In this document: one piece after another, positions 33,910 through 46,361 of the stretch
Numbering within the stretch: the first letter of the stretch is position 1
How the letters are laid out: every line of letters starts with the position of its first letter
NCBI RefSeq assembly: GCF_009914755.1
Contig: NC_060930.1
Source: the human T2T-CHM13v2.0 reference genome, Homo sapiens
Direction: 5' to 3' (one strand)
Length of the DNA: 64,000 nucleotides
Program-made: the position numbers and the translations under genes
The notes under the pieces: model-generated
Database searches by the model: none
Told to the model about the DNA's origin: nothing
Seen by the model: only the letters and a program-made list of their open reading frames with translations

Positions 33910-34523
33910 CTAGCTTGATTCAGCCACTGGGTGGACTTTCCGATGCTGGATTAGGTTGCAATGGTAAATGAAGTTCTTGCCACATTCTTCACATTCATAA
34001 GGTCTCTCTCCAGTGTGAATTCTCTGATGCTTAATGAGGACTGAACGTCGACTAAAACTCTTATTGCACTGATTGCACTGGTAAGGCTTCTCCCCAGTGT
34101 GAATTCTGAGGTGATGGAAAAGCCCGGCATTCTGGCTGAAGGCTTTGCCACAAACACTGCACTGGTAGCGCTTCTCCCCAGTGTGGAGTCTCTGGTGCTG
34201 GAATAGGCCTGACCTCTGGCTGAAGGCCCGCCCACACTCATCACATTCATAAGGCTTCTCACCTGTGTGTGTTCTCTGGTGCTCGATAAGGATGGAATTC
34301 TGGGTGAAGCTTTTTCCACATTCACTACAGATATAGGGTCTCTCCACTGAAGAGCTCACCCTTTGCTTTTCCAATCTGCCCTCACGGTCACAGGTATCTC
34401 CATACTCAGGAATCTGAGTAATATTACCATTCTGTTTTCCAAGAACTTGTATAAGAGATTTCACTTCCTGAGAAATCTCCCTCTTTGGGGCTAACTCCAC
34501 ATTCCAAGTCCCAGCCTTGCCAT
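33910..34523 (-). CDS. ZSCAN23: ZSCAN23 last coding exon (five C2H2 zinc fingers; stop TAG at 33910-33912)
   Basis: Acceptor TTTTAG|ATGGCAAG; intact frame with five CxxC...HxxxH fingers and TGEKP linkers, ending HPVAESS*. Confidence 0.95.
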
Positions 34524-34904
34524 CTAAAATAACGATAACATGAAAGATAACATGAAGTATGAAAAATAACAGATTATCTTTCCAAAGACAAAAGAAAAAA
34601 AGTGGCCAGGAGAATGGGTGGAAGGGGACAAGTAGCCACTTTTTCTGTTTATTTTTCCACTCTAAAGCTATTATACCCAGACCTCAGGGAAAAGATGCAT
34701 GGTATTATAACTGCTTACTTAATTGTCTGCCTCTCCCACTAGACTGTAAACTTCGTGAGAGTGGGGACCACATCTGCCTTGTTTATCACTGTATCCCTGG
34801 TACCTGGCACAGTGCCTGGCATACAGCAGACACTAAATAAATGGGTTGAATTGATAAATATTCAGGGAATGAGGTAGGCTGTCTGAGGAAATTCTGATCC
34901 TCAC

Positions 34905-35052
34905 CAATCTCTTGAACTGGGCACACCTCTCGCAAATTATACCCAAGTTGCTCTTCCAAGGTTTGGAATTGGTCATTTGATGACTCCTGAGCTGCTCCTG
35001 GAGTTGCCTTCTCCTTTACAAACTCTTCCTGTTCATGAGCATGGCTCAGGAC
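34905..35052 (-). CDS. ZSCAN23: ZSCAN23 middle coding exon (148 nt)
   Basis: Acceptor TTTCCACCAG|GTCCTG, donor ATTG|GTGAGG; VLSHAHEQEEF...VCPVQEI; phases join both neighbours (408+148+614=1170 nt, 389 aa). Confidence 0.93.
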
Positions 35053-35303
35053 CTGGTGGAAATCAAGGACAGTTGGGAACCCAATATCAGAGAGAACATG
35101 GCAAGGAGGCCTCCTCAGGGCCGCTGGATAGAAAAGAAGGACCAAGAAGCTGGCAAAGAAAAAACAGAGGCAGAGAGACTAAAAGCCTACAGAAGATCAA
35201 GTCTGGCATAAAAAAAAAATCCTCCTCCTCTACCTTTTCTTGTTGCACTGAAACCCCATACTTGTTCTTACAGGTACAAATCCCTGTTCTCCCATCTTCT
35301 CAC

Positions 35304-35711
35304 CTGCTCTCCTGGGTCATCCAGCTCTCTCTCCAAATCCTCCAGCACAGTCACTGCCTCCTCTCCACTCACAGGACGGTGCTGTCTGACCCAGGCCTGG
35401 AGCTCCTCAGGCAGGATAGTCAGGAACTGCTCCAGCACCAGCAGCTCTAGGATCTGCTCCTTGGTGTGCATCTCTGGTCTCAGCCACTGATGGCAGAGCT
35501 CCTGGAGTCTTTGAAGAGCCTCCCGGGGCCCAGGGGACTCCTGATAGCAGAACTGCCTGAAGCGTCTACGAAAGATCTCTCTGGTATGAGGGTTATTTCT
35601 TGACAGGCCTGATTCTGGCCCACAGGAATGTTCCTCCTCTTCCTCCTTTACCTTCACTGCCAGAAGTCCTTCCTGCATCTCTGCAGTCTGAAGGGTCAAG
35701 GTTATGGCCAT
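35304..35711 (-). CDS. ZSCAN23: ZSCAN23 first coding exon (SCAN domain); exon probably starts at 35788
   Basis: ATG at 35711; [26 protein letters not shown]...[30 protein letters not shown]...; donor CAG|GTGAGA; upstream acceptor TTGTCTAG|ATCTC. Confidence 0.95.
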
Positions 35712-36240
35712 CAAAGGTTTAACTATTCAGAAAAATAATCTATTCTTGATAATTCTCCCTTGATCTTTTCTTCTGGAAACCCCGAGATCTAGACAATAAT
35801 TTACGAAGAAAAAAATATAAAAATGCAGAAAACCTCAGGACAAGGAGGGACTGGAGTATTTACACTAAAATCAGTCACTCTGTCTCATGAAGGAACACCA
35901 AAACCTGATTAATGATAGATACTTTAGAAATACAAATCCAGATAATATAGGAAGAAAAAAGAAATGGAACAAAAACGCCTACAGTTTTCTGAAGGAAGGT
36001 ACTGTTTCAATCATCCTGACCGAAACAGCTCAAATCAGCTTGAGTATATTGGGTTTCCATTTGAATAGCAAGATACTAAATTCAGGGTAAATTTTAGCTG
36101 TATGAAGGTAAAAAAACACTTTGGGCCCAAGTGGTCACAGATGACACCAAGAATCAAGAAGAAAAGGGAAACAAATGGAGGATGGAGGGAAAGTAAAGAA
36201 TATAAAAAGAATAAGAACCGTAAGAAATGCACTTGGAGAG

Positions 36241-36296
36241 AGGAGGCAGAGTCCCTCCAGCCATAGAAGGTAGAGTCCCTCCAGCCATAGGAGGTA
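36241..36296 (+). repeat. 24-bp tandem duplication (AGAGTCCCTCCAGCCATAG(A/G)AGGT)
   Basis: Two adjacent copies starting at 36248 and 36272. Confidence 0.85.
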
Positions 36297-36805
36297 TGGA
36301 GGAGGGAGATCTAGGTTTAAAGTGTGTAAGGTCTTGGACTGAGACATCAACCTGCAGGTATTCCCTCCAGAGTCTTGGGCTTCATGTTTTGAGCCTTGGT
36401 CTCTTCAATCTATAAAACAGGAATCCTAAAACCAACACTGCCTATCTTTCTAGGTTGATACAAAGATAAAACGAGGATAATGAGCACAAAGAAGTTGGCT
36501 ACTTAGTAAACTCCAAAGTGGTAACACTTATTTTTCTTATGTTATTGTATGATTAAATGAATATCCTAGTGGTTTAAGGCTAAGGCAAAAGAATCAGAAA
36601 GTAGTTGACTGCAGTGGTCTAGGCTCAGAGATACTAAAATGACGGAAATATTGGTTCCAGTACTTTAAAACAGGAGTAGAATTTGACCTTTCTCTTGCCC
36701 TTTAATTTCTTTGAAACTTTTTCTCTTTGAAGCTACTTGAAGGTGGAGAGTAGGCAATTTTATGTAAAATAAAATTACTGCTAATAAAAAGACAAATGTC
36801 TATGA

Positions 36806-37068
<263 letters not shown>

Positions 37069-37511
37069 TTACCAGGATAGTAATTAATGAAGAAAATTTT
37101 CTGAAAGAAAAACAATTATATGACCCAGTGATTTCTAAGCACCATCTTCGAGTAGAGACTTTCAAACTTTTTTGACCAGGACTCTTATTAAGAAATATTT
37201 TATATTATAACCCAGAACACACATGCATATGTATATATGTTTGTGCATTTATGAGATACACAAATACCTAAAATAATAATTTCACAAAACACTATGTATC
37301 CTTGCTCTATATAGTGACATACAATTATTTTTAAACCTATTTCATTAAAAGACAAAACAAAAAAGCCTGGGAACAGATTTTGTGGGTTATAAAATCTATG
37401 TGGTGGGTTGTGACACACCACATAGATTTTATGACCCACAAATGAATAATAACCTGTAGAATAAAATATTTTTGTTTTAAGTAAAATTGTTGTAATCCAT
37501 TGCAAAAATAA

Positions 37512-37837
<326 letters not shown>

Positions 37838-37901
37838 AACCCTACACTATTCTTAAGGTGTTGACATGCATTGTGAAATTAAATAACTAAGAATAGGGTA
37901 T

Positions 37902-38279
37902 TTTATTAGTCTGTTCTCAAGCTGCTACTAAAGACATACCCAAGACTGGGTAATTTATAAAGGAAAGAGGTTTAATTGACCCACAGTTCAGCATGGCTGG
38001 GGAGGCCTCAGGAAACTTACAATCATGGTGGAAGGGGAAGCAAACATGTCCTTCTTCACATGCAGCAGCAGGAGAAGTGCCGAGCAAAAGGGGGAAAAGC
38101 CCCTTATAAAACCGTCAGATCTCATGAGAACGCACTGTCACCAGAATAGCATGAAGGTACCTGCCCCCATAATTAAATTGTCTCCTACCGGGTCCCTCCC
38201 ACGACACATGGGGATTATGAGAAATTGGGAACTATAATTCAAGATGAGATTTGGATGGGGACACAGCCAAACCATATCA
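37902..38279 (-). mobile_element. THE1 (MaLR) solo LTR in ZSCAN23 intron 1
   Basis: TATTAGTCTGTTCTCA..GACATACCCAAGACTGGGTAATTTATAAAG...GGACACAGCCAAACCATATCA; 5-bp TSD GGTAT. Confidence 0.92.
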
Positions 38280-38545
38280 GGTATTTAAATTACAAGTGAA
38301 CACTGATCACATTACAACCCGAAGAAAAATTAGATTCATATTGTGATTATTGGTTATATTTATCAAAGGGGAAACAAACTACTGGCATGGGACAGCATCC
38401 TTCCGGATAACCTGCACACATAATCCTCTCCATAAAGTTCTGACATCTTTGGTTTGGTTACCTTCTGTAATCACTACCCCAGGAAGTGTACAGAGGATTT
38501 TTTTCCTCTAAAGACAGAATCTGCAAATTCATGTTTTCCCCCACT

Positions 38546-38828
38546 TTTTTTTTTTTTGAGACGGAATCTCACCCTGTCGCCCAGGCTGGAGTGCAACAGC
38601 ACGATCTCAGCTCACTGCTTCCCAGGTTCAAATGATTCTCCCCTCAGCCTCCTGAGTAGCTGGGATTACAGGCACCCGCTACCATGCCTAGCTAATTTTT
38701 GTATTTTTTTGGTAGAGACAGGGTTTCACCATGTTGGCCAGGCTGGTTTCGAACTCCTGACCTCGTGATCTGCCTGCCTCAGCCTCCCAAACTGCTGGGA
38801 TTACAGGTGTGAGCCACCACGCCCAGCC
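38546..38828 (-). mobile_element. AluS element
   Basis: Reverse Alu; TSD approximately TTC(C)CCACTTTT. Confidence 0.9.
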
Positions 38829-38904
38829 TTCCTCCACTTTTCTTGGTGCGACTCACCACCACTGTGACTACCATACTATCTTTTTCTGTCATAACTTTTC
38901 ATAC

Positions 38905-39930
38905 ACCATTCATTCACTTGGCAGATATTTATTCAGAGCCTACCAGCAAATATATATTCAGAGCCTACCATATTCCATGTACTGTTCTAGGCACTGGGGA
39001 TACAGCTGCAATTATAACGAAGTCCCTAGTCTCATGGAATTTACATCCTAATAACAGTATTAATAATAGCGGACATTTATAGTGCTTTTAACGTGCCAGG
39101 TATTGTTACAGATGCTTTATATATATTAACCCATTTAATCCTCAAAACAACCATGAATAAGGTGCTATTATTACCCCCATATCACAGATGAGAAAACTGA
39201 GATATGAAAAGTTTAAGTTACTAGTCCAAAGTTCAAGTCAGTTACAGATAGTAAGCAGTGAAGCTGCAATTCAAACCCAACAAATCTGACATCAGAATTT
39301 ACAGTCTCCACTGCTACAACACTAACTTCTGTTGGGGAAAAGAGGGGCCAGGATGAGGAAAACGGGTCAGAGGAAACAGATAATAATTAAGTATTTGTGA
39401 AGTAGTGATAAATGCTATAGAGAAAATAAAGGTAAGGAGAGAGAGAGTAAGGGGAAAGAAAGGTTGCTATTTTATAGAGTCAGGGAAGGCCTTGATAAGG
39501 TAATGGTTGAACAGACCTGAAGGAAGTGAGGAGCAAGTCACATGGCTATCTGGAGAAAGACTGTTCCATGCAAAGGTAACTGCCAAGTGCAAATTTTTGC
39601 AGGTGGGAACACACCTGGATTCTTCAGGTAATAGCTAGTTGAACAATGGCTGGAACAAAGAAAACAAAAGGGAAAGTAACAGGAGATAAAGCAGGGAGCT
39701 TGGGAACTGATCATGAAAGGCAGTGGTAAGGGCTCTAACTTGTATTCTATGAGATATGGAAACCACTGGGGATTTTTGAGCCAAGGGGTAACAAAATTTT
39801 ACTTCCATTTAACACAAAAGCATAACTCTAGCCGCTGTGTCAATGACCTTGGGGTTAAGTGGAGGCAGAGAGGGATGCTATGATAATCATCCAGGGAAGA
39901 GATCATCATGGCTTGAAACATGGTCTGCTG
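38905..39930. mobile_element. L2 fragments with nested MIR
   Basis: CATTCATTCA..GTTCTAGGCACTGGGGATACAG (L2 end); ACAGATGAGAAAACTGAG (MIR core). Confidence 0.65.
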
Positions 39931-41315
39931 AATTGGTTCTAGGGTAAGAAAGTTTTGTGGTAGAAATATCAAATAGCTAAATCCAGAATATGTACTCTCA
40001 CATTACTCAATAAACGTACCATGGATTCAAAGGATGAAACAGCCACTTATGCTTTCTTGTTTTTTCAATCTTTTAGGGTCCGAAAATGTCTTTTTCTTAT
40101 TTACCACCTGTGCCGCTTGGTTTCAAGTCAAAGTTTTTCTATTCAAAGGCAATGCAGCTGAAGCTTAGAGCTCTGCCCAGAAAAATTCATTTCTGGGATG
40201 TGGTGTTTCAAATCTTTATACAGTTTCCCAAATACAAATTTCCCTATTTTCTCTGTATACTCTGGGTTCATTTTTGCTTTCCTTCACCTGATTTTGCTTT
40301 TATCTGGTGGCCTTAATACCCAGATCCTTGCACCAGCATACCTGAGTTCTTCTTTGAACCTGGTGTCTCCAAAAGGCTTCCCCAGTTTTTTGTAATACTG
40401 CCCTCCTCGTCACAAACATAGAGTTCCTAATCTTCCATTCAGGATCACAACCTCAATGTATATGCCAGGTATATAATTAGCATAATAAGTCTTACCTTAA
40501 AAAATACATCTGCATTTTAAAGTTGGTTCCTCCTAGAGCCTCAGCAAGCTGAACACCCCCAAATCTACCATCATCCTCATGGAAGGATGCTGTTAACCAA
40601 GGACATGCACGTAGGTGAAGACTAAGCAGCATGTAATACAAATGTGCCTTTATCATCATATATCCCACGACCCTCACCTCCGCTGACACCATCTATGGCT
40701 CCTCACTAATTGGATGAATTCCCAAACTCTCAAGCACAGTTTAAAACCAGTCAGACCTTTAGCTTCTGTTGTCTGGCTCCACTCTTGGTTTCCTCTATTC
40801 CACAAGCAAAAACTCTCAGCTCCAGTCAGGTTTTTCTTCTCATTATTCTAATCAGGCGTTTCTCATCCCTGCGCCATGAGCTTGGTCTTGCCTTCTTCCC
40901 TTATTCGAACCTTACCCAATCTCTGCAGCTTGATTCAAATCTCACATCCTCTCTGAAGTCTTCTTTACCCATTTCAGCTCACCCTCTTCCAACTGCCCAC
41001 TCATATGTCATGTACTGTATGAGTCCCACCTTTCACCCTCAGTCACAATTTATCTTGTACCATTACTTCTCTTCAGAACCTTTTTTAAATCCAAAAAGTA
41101 GAGAGGAATATAGAATTCTTTCACCAAGTTCTATTACCCTGAAATAAACAGTCTTAAATACTGGAATGTGTCCTTTTCTATGCATTTGCAATCGTATATA
41201 CACATGTATACACATGTGCACACATAGAGTTGATATAAGCCCATATATTTTATTTACCTTAGACAAGCAGAAGGTAGTATGAGATAGCAGAGAACACAGG
41301 CAGATCTGGTTGTTA

Positions 41316-41617
41316 ATTTTTTTTTTTTTTTTTTGAGACAGAGTCTTGCTTTTGTTGCCCAGGCGGGAGTGCAGTGGTGCGATCTCGGCTCACTTGCAAC
41401 CTCTGCCTCCCAGGTTCAAGCAATCCTCCTGCCTCAGCTTCCGGAGTAGCTGGGATTACAGGGACCCACCACCACTCCTGGCTCATTTTTGCATTTTTAG
41501 TAGGATGGAGTTTCACCATATGGGTCAGGCTGGTCTCGAACTCCCGACCTCACGTGATCTGCCCACCTCGGCCTCCCAAAGTGCTGGGATTACAGGCATG
41601 AACCATAGTGCCAGGCC
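41316..41617 (-). mobile_element. AluS element
   Basis: Poly(T) plus reverse Alu. Confidence 0.92.
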
Positions 41618-42649
41618 ATCTGTGAATTTTAACGCAGTGATCTTGGGCAAGTTAGTTGATTTTTCTAAGCCTCAAGCTCATATATGAAATGAGGTCAACA
41701 ACTGCCTTGCCAACTTGTTGAGAATATTAAATGAGATAATGCATACAAAGTGTTTTTGCACAAAACCTGGCATATAAACATGCAAATTAATCTTTTAATA
41801 AGATAATGTACAATTTTGGTACAATGGTAGTTTAATTAATAGTTGCTACTTTCCCTTAGGGCCAAGACTGTAATCTTTTTCTATTGCTCAAAGAACAAGA
41901 TGAGTGGGTGAAAACATGCACACAAACCAATAAAACGGCTGTTTCATCAGGTTTGCAGAAACACTGAAAGATATACGTCTTCAGATATATTCTCTCCAAT
42001 CAAATCCTAACTAGAAGCCCAGGACTACTGAGGTACAAAAGAAGGACGGGATTCAAATGAGCGAAGTAACTTCCCGGGTTATAGCTGTAAAGCTAATATA
42101 GGAACAGAGTGGAGTTAGCATAGCAAAGGTTTTAAGAAAATGGAGTCTGGAGCCAAATTGCCTGTATTTGAATCCTGCCTACACCCCTTACTCGCTCTAC
42201 GACCTTGGGCAAGTTACTAACTTCATTTTCTTCTTGTATGTTAATTTTAAAAAGGGGCGGGACAGAGAGGTGGGGTGTAGTCTACATAATAATAGTGTCT
42301 ATCTCATAGAGTTATGAGAAGCAGATAATATTTGTAAAGTGCTTAGAACAGTGCTGGGCTGGCACATAGTAGATGCTATTTATTCTTTTAAAAAATTCGA
42401 TAGCAGCAAGAGCCTTTATACTATGTGAGTTAGACTAAGAAAGGCTGTGGCATAGTTTAAAACTATCCCTGCTCATTCTTTAAAATAAGTCCACAGTAGA
42501 GAATAAGACATCGGAAAATACAAACATTTCTTCATATCCGAATCTATTTGAATCCTAAGATGCAGATACGGAGAGTTCAGAGTGCCATCAGTACAGGGCA
42601 GAGAGGTTGAAGAGCTCAGGAACAGACATAGGGTGGGGGAAAGGGGTAG

Positions 42650-43110
42650 GGGCAACGACGCTGACTTTTGGTTAACAAAGCCCTTCCAGGCTGCGGAGCA
42701 ACCTCCTCTGCCCTTCACCTGCCCGGCCCATCTCTGGCCAAGAAGACCCTGCCGCCAAATCCCCACACCCAGTCCAGGTCGCAGTGCACAGACTGGCCCT
42801 TCCGAAGCCCCTCAGCGGTAGCCCGACTCCGAAGCTCACCGAGGCATCCGTGAGAGGAGATGCCACCTAGCGCAGATCACATCGGCTCTGAATCCTTGAC
42901 AACCGCAACCCAAAGAATGATAAACTACAAAGGCCGGAAATGCGTCACCGCGGCCCGCTCTCCGCGGAACAGCGGTTCCGGCTGTGTTCCTTCTAGGAAG
43001 GCCGGAGGTTTCCACACCTCTGTGGTCGTCACTCTGAATCCCGTCTGTAGTCTTAAGTGAGATACTAGGTGACACATTGTCTTCCACGCGGCAATATAAT
43101 AACGGCCAAC
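42650..43110 (-). promoter_or_regulatory. CpG-island promoter of ZSCAN23
   Basis: High CpG density; ETS cores CCGGAA (42934) and TTCCGG (42976); CRE-like TGCGTCA (42941); ACTACA motifs at 42924 (+) and ~43046 (-) of the type associated with ZNF143/THAP11 promoters. Confidence 0.75.
42840..42930 (-). other. ZSCAN23: Probable non-coding exon 1 of ZSCAN23 (TSS position approximate)
   Basis: Minus-strand donor CCTCG|GTGAGC at 42840/42839 within the CpG island; 7 kb intron to the acceptor at 35788. Confidence 0.65.
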
Positions 43111-43382
43111 ATAGTGTTTTAACACGTATTAATTCATTACCCCGCATAACAACCCTGTGAGTTAGGTACAATTATCTCCATTTAACAGGTGAGGAAACTG
43201 AAGCACATTTCTACATTTATTAGTTGCCATTTCCTGCAAAGAATACCCTTTCTTTTCCCTGCCGTCTCATTTTATCACGATGAACTCATGGATTCCTTTA
43301 CAAATAATTACTGTTATTATTATGTTGATGCTCAAATTATTTAAAATTTGGTCAGTTGGAGCCCTTTCACACTGCTCCCTCT

Positions 43383-43622
43383 CTTTTCTTTTTTTGACAA
43401 AGTCTCCAGGCTGGAGTGCAGTGGATGCGATCTCAGCTCACTGCAACCTCCGCATTCCGGGTTCAAGTGATCCTCCTGTCTCGGCCTCCTGAGTATCTGG
43501 GATTACAAGAACACACCACTATGCCTTAGTGAGGCTGGTCTTGAACTCCTGTCCCTCAAGTGATCCGCTCCCTCGGCCTCCGAAAGGGCTGGGATTACAG
43601 AAGTGAGCCACCGCACCCGGCC
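43383..43622 (-). mobile_element. Alu with internal deletions
   Basis: Reverse Alu motifs. Confidence 0.85.
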
Positions 43623-43858
43623 ACAAACAGGTTTCTATGTCCTTTGATAAGTTCCCAACAGTTTTTGTGCACTTCACTTTCTCACAAAAGATATTTCAGT
43701 CCCATTTTATACTATTCCTACCCTAAACCTAGAATCACCATTGCTTCATGAAGCTACAGTACATCAGTGAAAAATGGTATATAGAAACCAAGATCTGGAT
43801 TTCGGGCAATGAATAACCTCATTGCTACTGTGTCTGGCATTGGTTCCTGCCAGTCTAC

Positions 43859-44634
43859 TGTGTCCAGAATTGGCTCCTTCCAGTGGGTTCCTGCTCTGAC
43901 TTCAAGAATGAAGCCGCGGATACTCACGGTGAGCATTACAGTTCTTAAAGATGGTGTGTCTGGACTTTGTTCCTTCTGCTGTTCAGATGTGTCCAGAGTT
44001 TCTTCCTTCCGGTGGGTTCGTGGTCTCACTTGACTTCAGGAGTGAGGTCGTAAACCTTTGCAGTGAGTGTTACAACTCCTAAGGGTGGCGTGCCTGCAGT
44101 TGCTTCTTCCTTCTGGTGGGTTCGTGGTCTCGCTGACTTAAGGACTGAAGCTGCAGACCATCGTAGTGAGCATTACAATGCTTAAAAGTAGTGCAGACCC
44201 AAAAACTGAAAAGTGGTAAGGTTTTATTGTGAAAAGGGAAAGAACAAAGATCCCACAGCACAAAAATCAATGCTAGCAGGTTGTCACTGCTGACTGGGGC
44301 GGGGGTGGTAGCCAGCTTTTATTCCCTTATTCAGCCCCGCCCACATCCTGCTGATTGGCCCATTTTACAGAGTGCTGATTGGTCCATCTTTACAGAGTGC
44401 CGCTTGGTGTGTTTACAAACCTTTAGCTAGACACAGAGTGCTGATTGGTGCATTTTTACAGAGTGCTGATTGGTGCATTTACAAATCTTCAGCTAGACAC
44501 AGAGTGCTGATTGGTGCATTTACAAATCTTCAGCTAGACACAGTGCTGATTGGTGTGTTTACAATCCTTTAGCTAGACAGAAAAGTTCTCCAGGTCCCCA
44601 CCCTAACCGGAAGCCCAGCCAGCTTCACCTCTCA
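43859..44634 (-). mobile_element. LTR12 (HERV9) solo LTR, same sense as ZSCAN23
   Basis: Minus strand begins TGAGAGGTGAAGCTGGCTGGGCTTC; tandem GTGCTGATTGG (CCAAT) repeats; U5 repeats GAAGCCGCGGA..GTGAGTGTTACA; ends ..GACACA; 4-bp TSD CTAC. Confidence 0.92.
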
Positions 44635-44685
44635 CTACTAGGACATATTATTGCCTCTAGGCTCCTTCAGTGTACAAGAGCTAGA

Positions 44686-44956
44686 ATATATGAATATGTT
44701 ATATATATAATATATTATATATAATACGTATTATATATTATCCTATATATCATATATTATATATTATATATAATACATATTACATATTATCCTATATATT
44801 ATATATTATATACGGAGGATTTTATATTATATATATGTGTATTATATATAACATATATAATATATTATATACTATATATTATGTACATAATATATATTAT
44901 ATACAGATATAAAATCCTCCATATACATATATAATATATATATGGAGGATTTTATA
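44686..44956. repeat. AT-rich low-complexity tract with internal tandem and inverted repeats
   Basis: (TA)-rich; near-perfect palindrome at 44908-44956. Confidence 0.9.
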
Positions 44957-46361
44957 AGATACTTTCTGTTCAAAAACAACTCCACAGAATTCTTTTACAT
45001 TTTTCACCGTTGCACATTTGTTTTTTTTCTTTTCACCCACAGTGAAAACTCTGGCTCCCAACAGCATAAATAAATTCACTCAAACAAAATAGTTTCTTAT
45101 AAACAAAATAGTTTCAAGATTATAATACCAATACATCACTAGCAATAACATATCCACTATGTAGAATTCAAAATTTCTTTGCTTGTTTTGTTTTTGAATT
45201 ATATCCCATTAAGGGAGTATAGCTGTATAAATACCTTATTTGAATTAATTCTTTTCTCTGTGGTTATATTTTAAACGATATATGGTTAGGAGCATTTGTT
45301 TCTGTTTATATTCCATTTCAGGGTTTGCTTTCATCCCTTTTTAATTTTTTTGACAATTCAAAACATTTACTTAGTTCAAAATCCACACTATATAAAAAGG
45401 TATGTTTAGAGGAGTTCTGCTTCCATCCCCAGTCCCTTTACCACATATACTCATACCCAATTTTCATTATTTATTTATCCTCTCCTTCCTTCCTTCTTCA
45501 TTCCCTCCTCCCTTCCCTACTTTTTCTCTTTTTTCTTGCAAAAATGAGTATTTATCTTCTGTACCCCATAAGTTATGTTATATACATTCTTTCATGCCTT
45601 GCTTTATCATCTAACAGAAAAGCCTAGAAATGTCCTGTTTTTGAAGTAGTCCTCTTTTTTCACACCTGCATAATAACTCATTCTGTGGATGTACCATAAT
45701 TTTTTTAACCAGTTTCTTGGGGGTGGGTATTTGGATTACTTCCAATATTTTGCTTTAACAAATAATGCTGCAATGAACAATAAGAGAGAGACTTTTGTAG
45801 AGGTTGTGTTATTTTGTACTCTCAACAGCAAAGTGTGAGAGTGCCTGTCTTCACACAGCCTCATGATCTGTATGTTTTCAGGCTTTTACATATTGCCAGT
45901 ATGATAGGTCCTTTGATATTTCTTAAGGAATCACAAACGCAATGCTGAAATCCCTGCTAGAAATGGATTCACAGTGCCAAATTTCAGCAAGGATTATGGA
46001 ACAATGGGAATTTTCACATATTTTTCATGAGAGTGTACATTGGTGAAACCATTTTGGGGAAACTCTGGCATATCTACTAAAGTTGAATGTATGCGTATTC
46101 TGTGACCCAGCCACCAGAAACGCATATGTGCTTGCATCTAAAGACATGTCTTAGAAGCATTTTTTGGTGATTGCTTTAAACTGGAAACAACCCTAATGTC
46201 CATTAACAGTAGGATGGGTTTTAAAAAAAAGTTTATTCAGACAACTGAATACTATGTAACAACGAAAATGAATGAACTACAGCTACAAACCACGTTGATA
46301 AATTTCACAAACATAATAGTAAAAGGAGCCAGAATAGTGAGTAAAAGAAGACAAAAAACAC

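Noticed and set aside
33951-35450. Alternative-frame (33951-34325) and antisense (34977-35450) ORFs over ZSCAN23
   Set aside because: Typical shadow ORFs of C2H2 and SCAN coding sequence.
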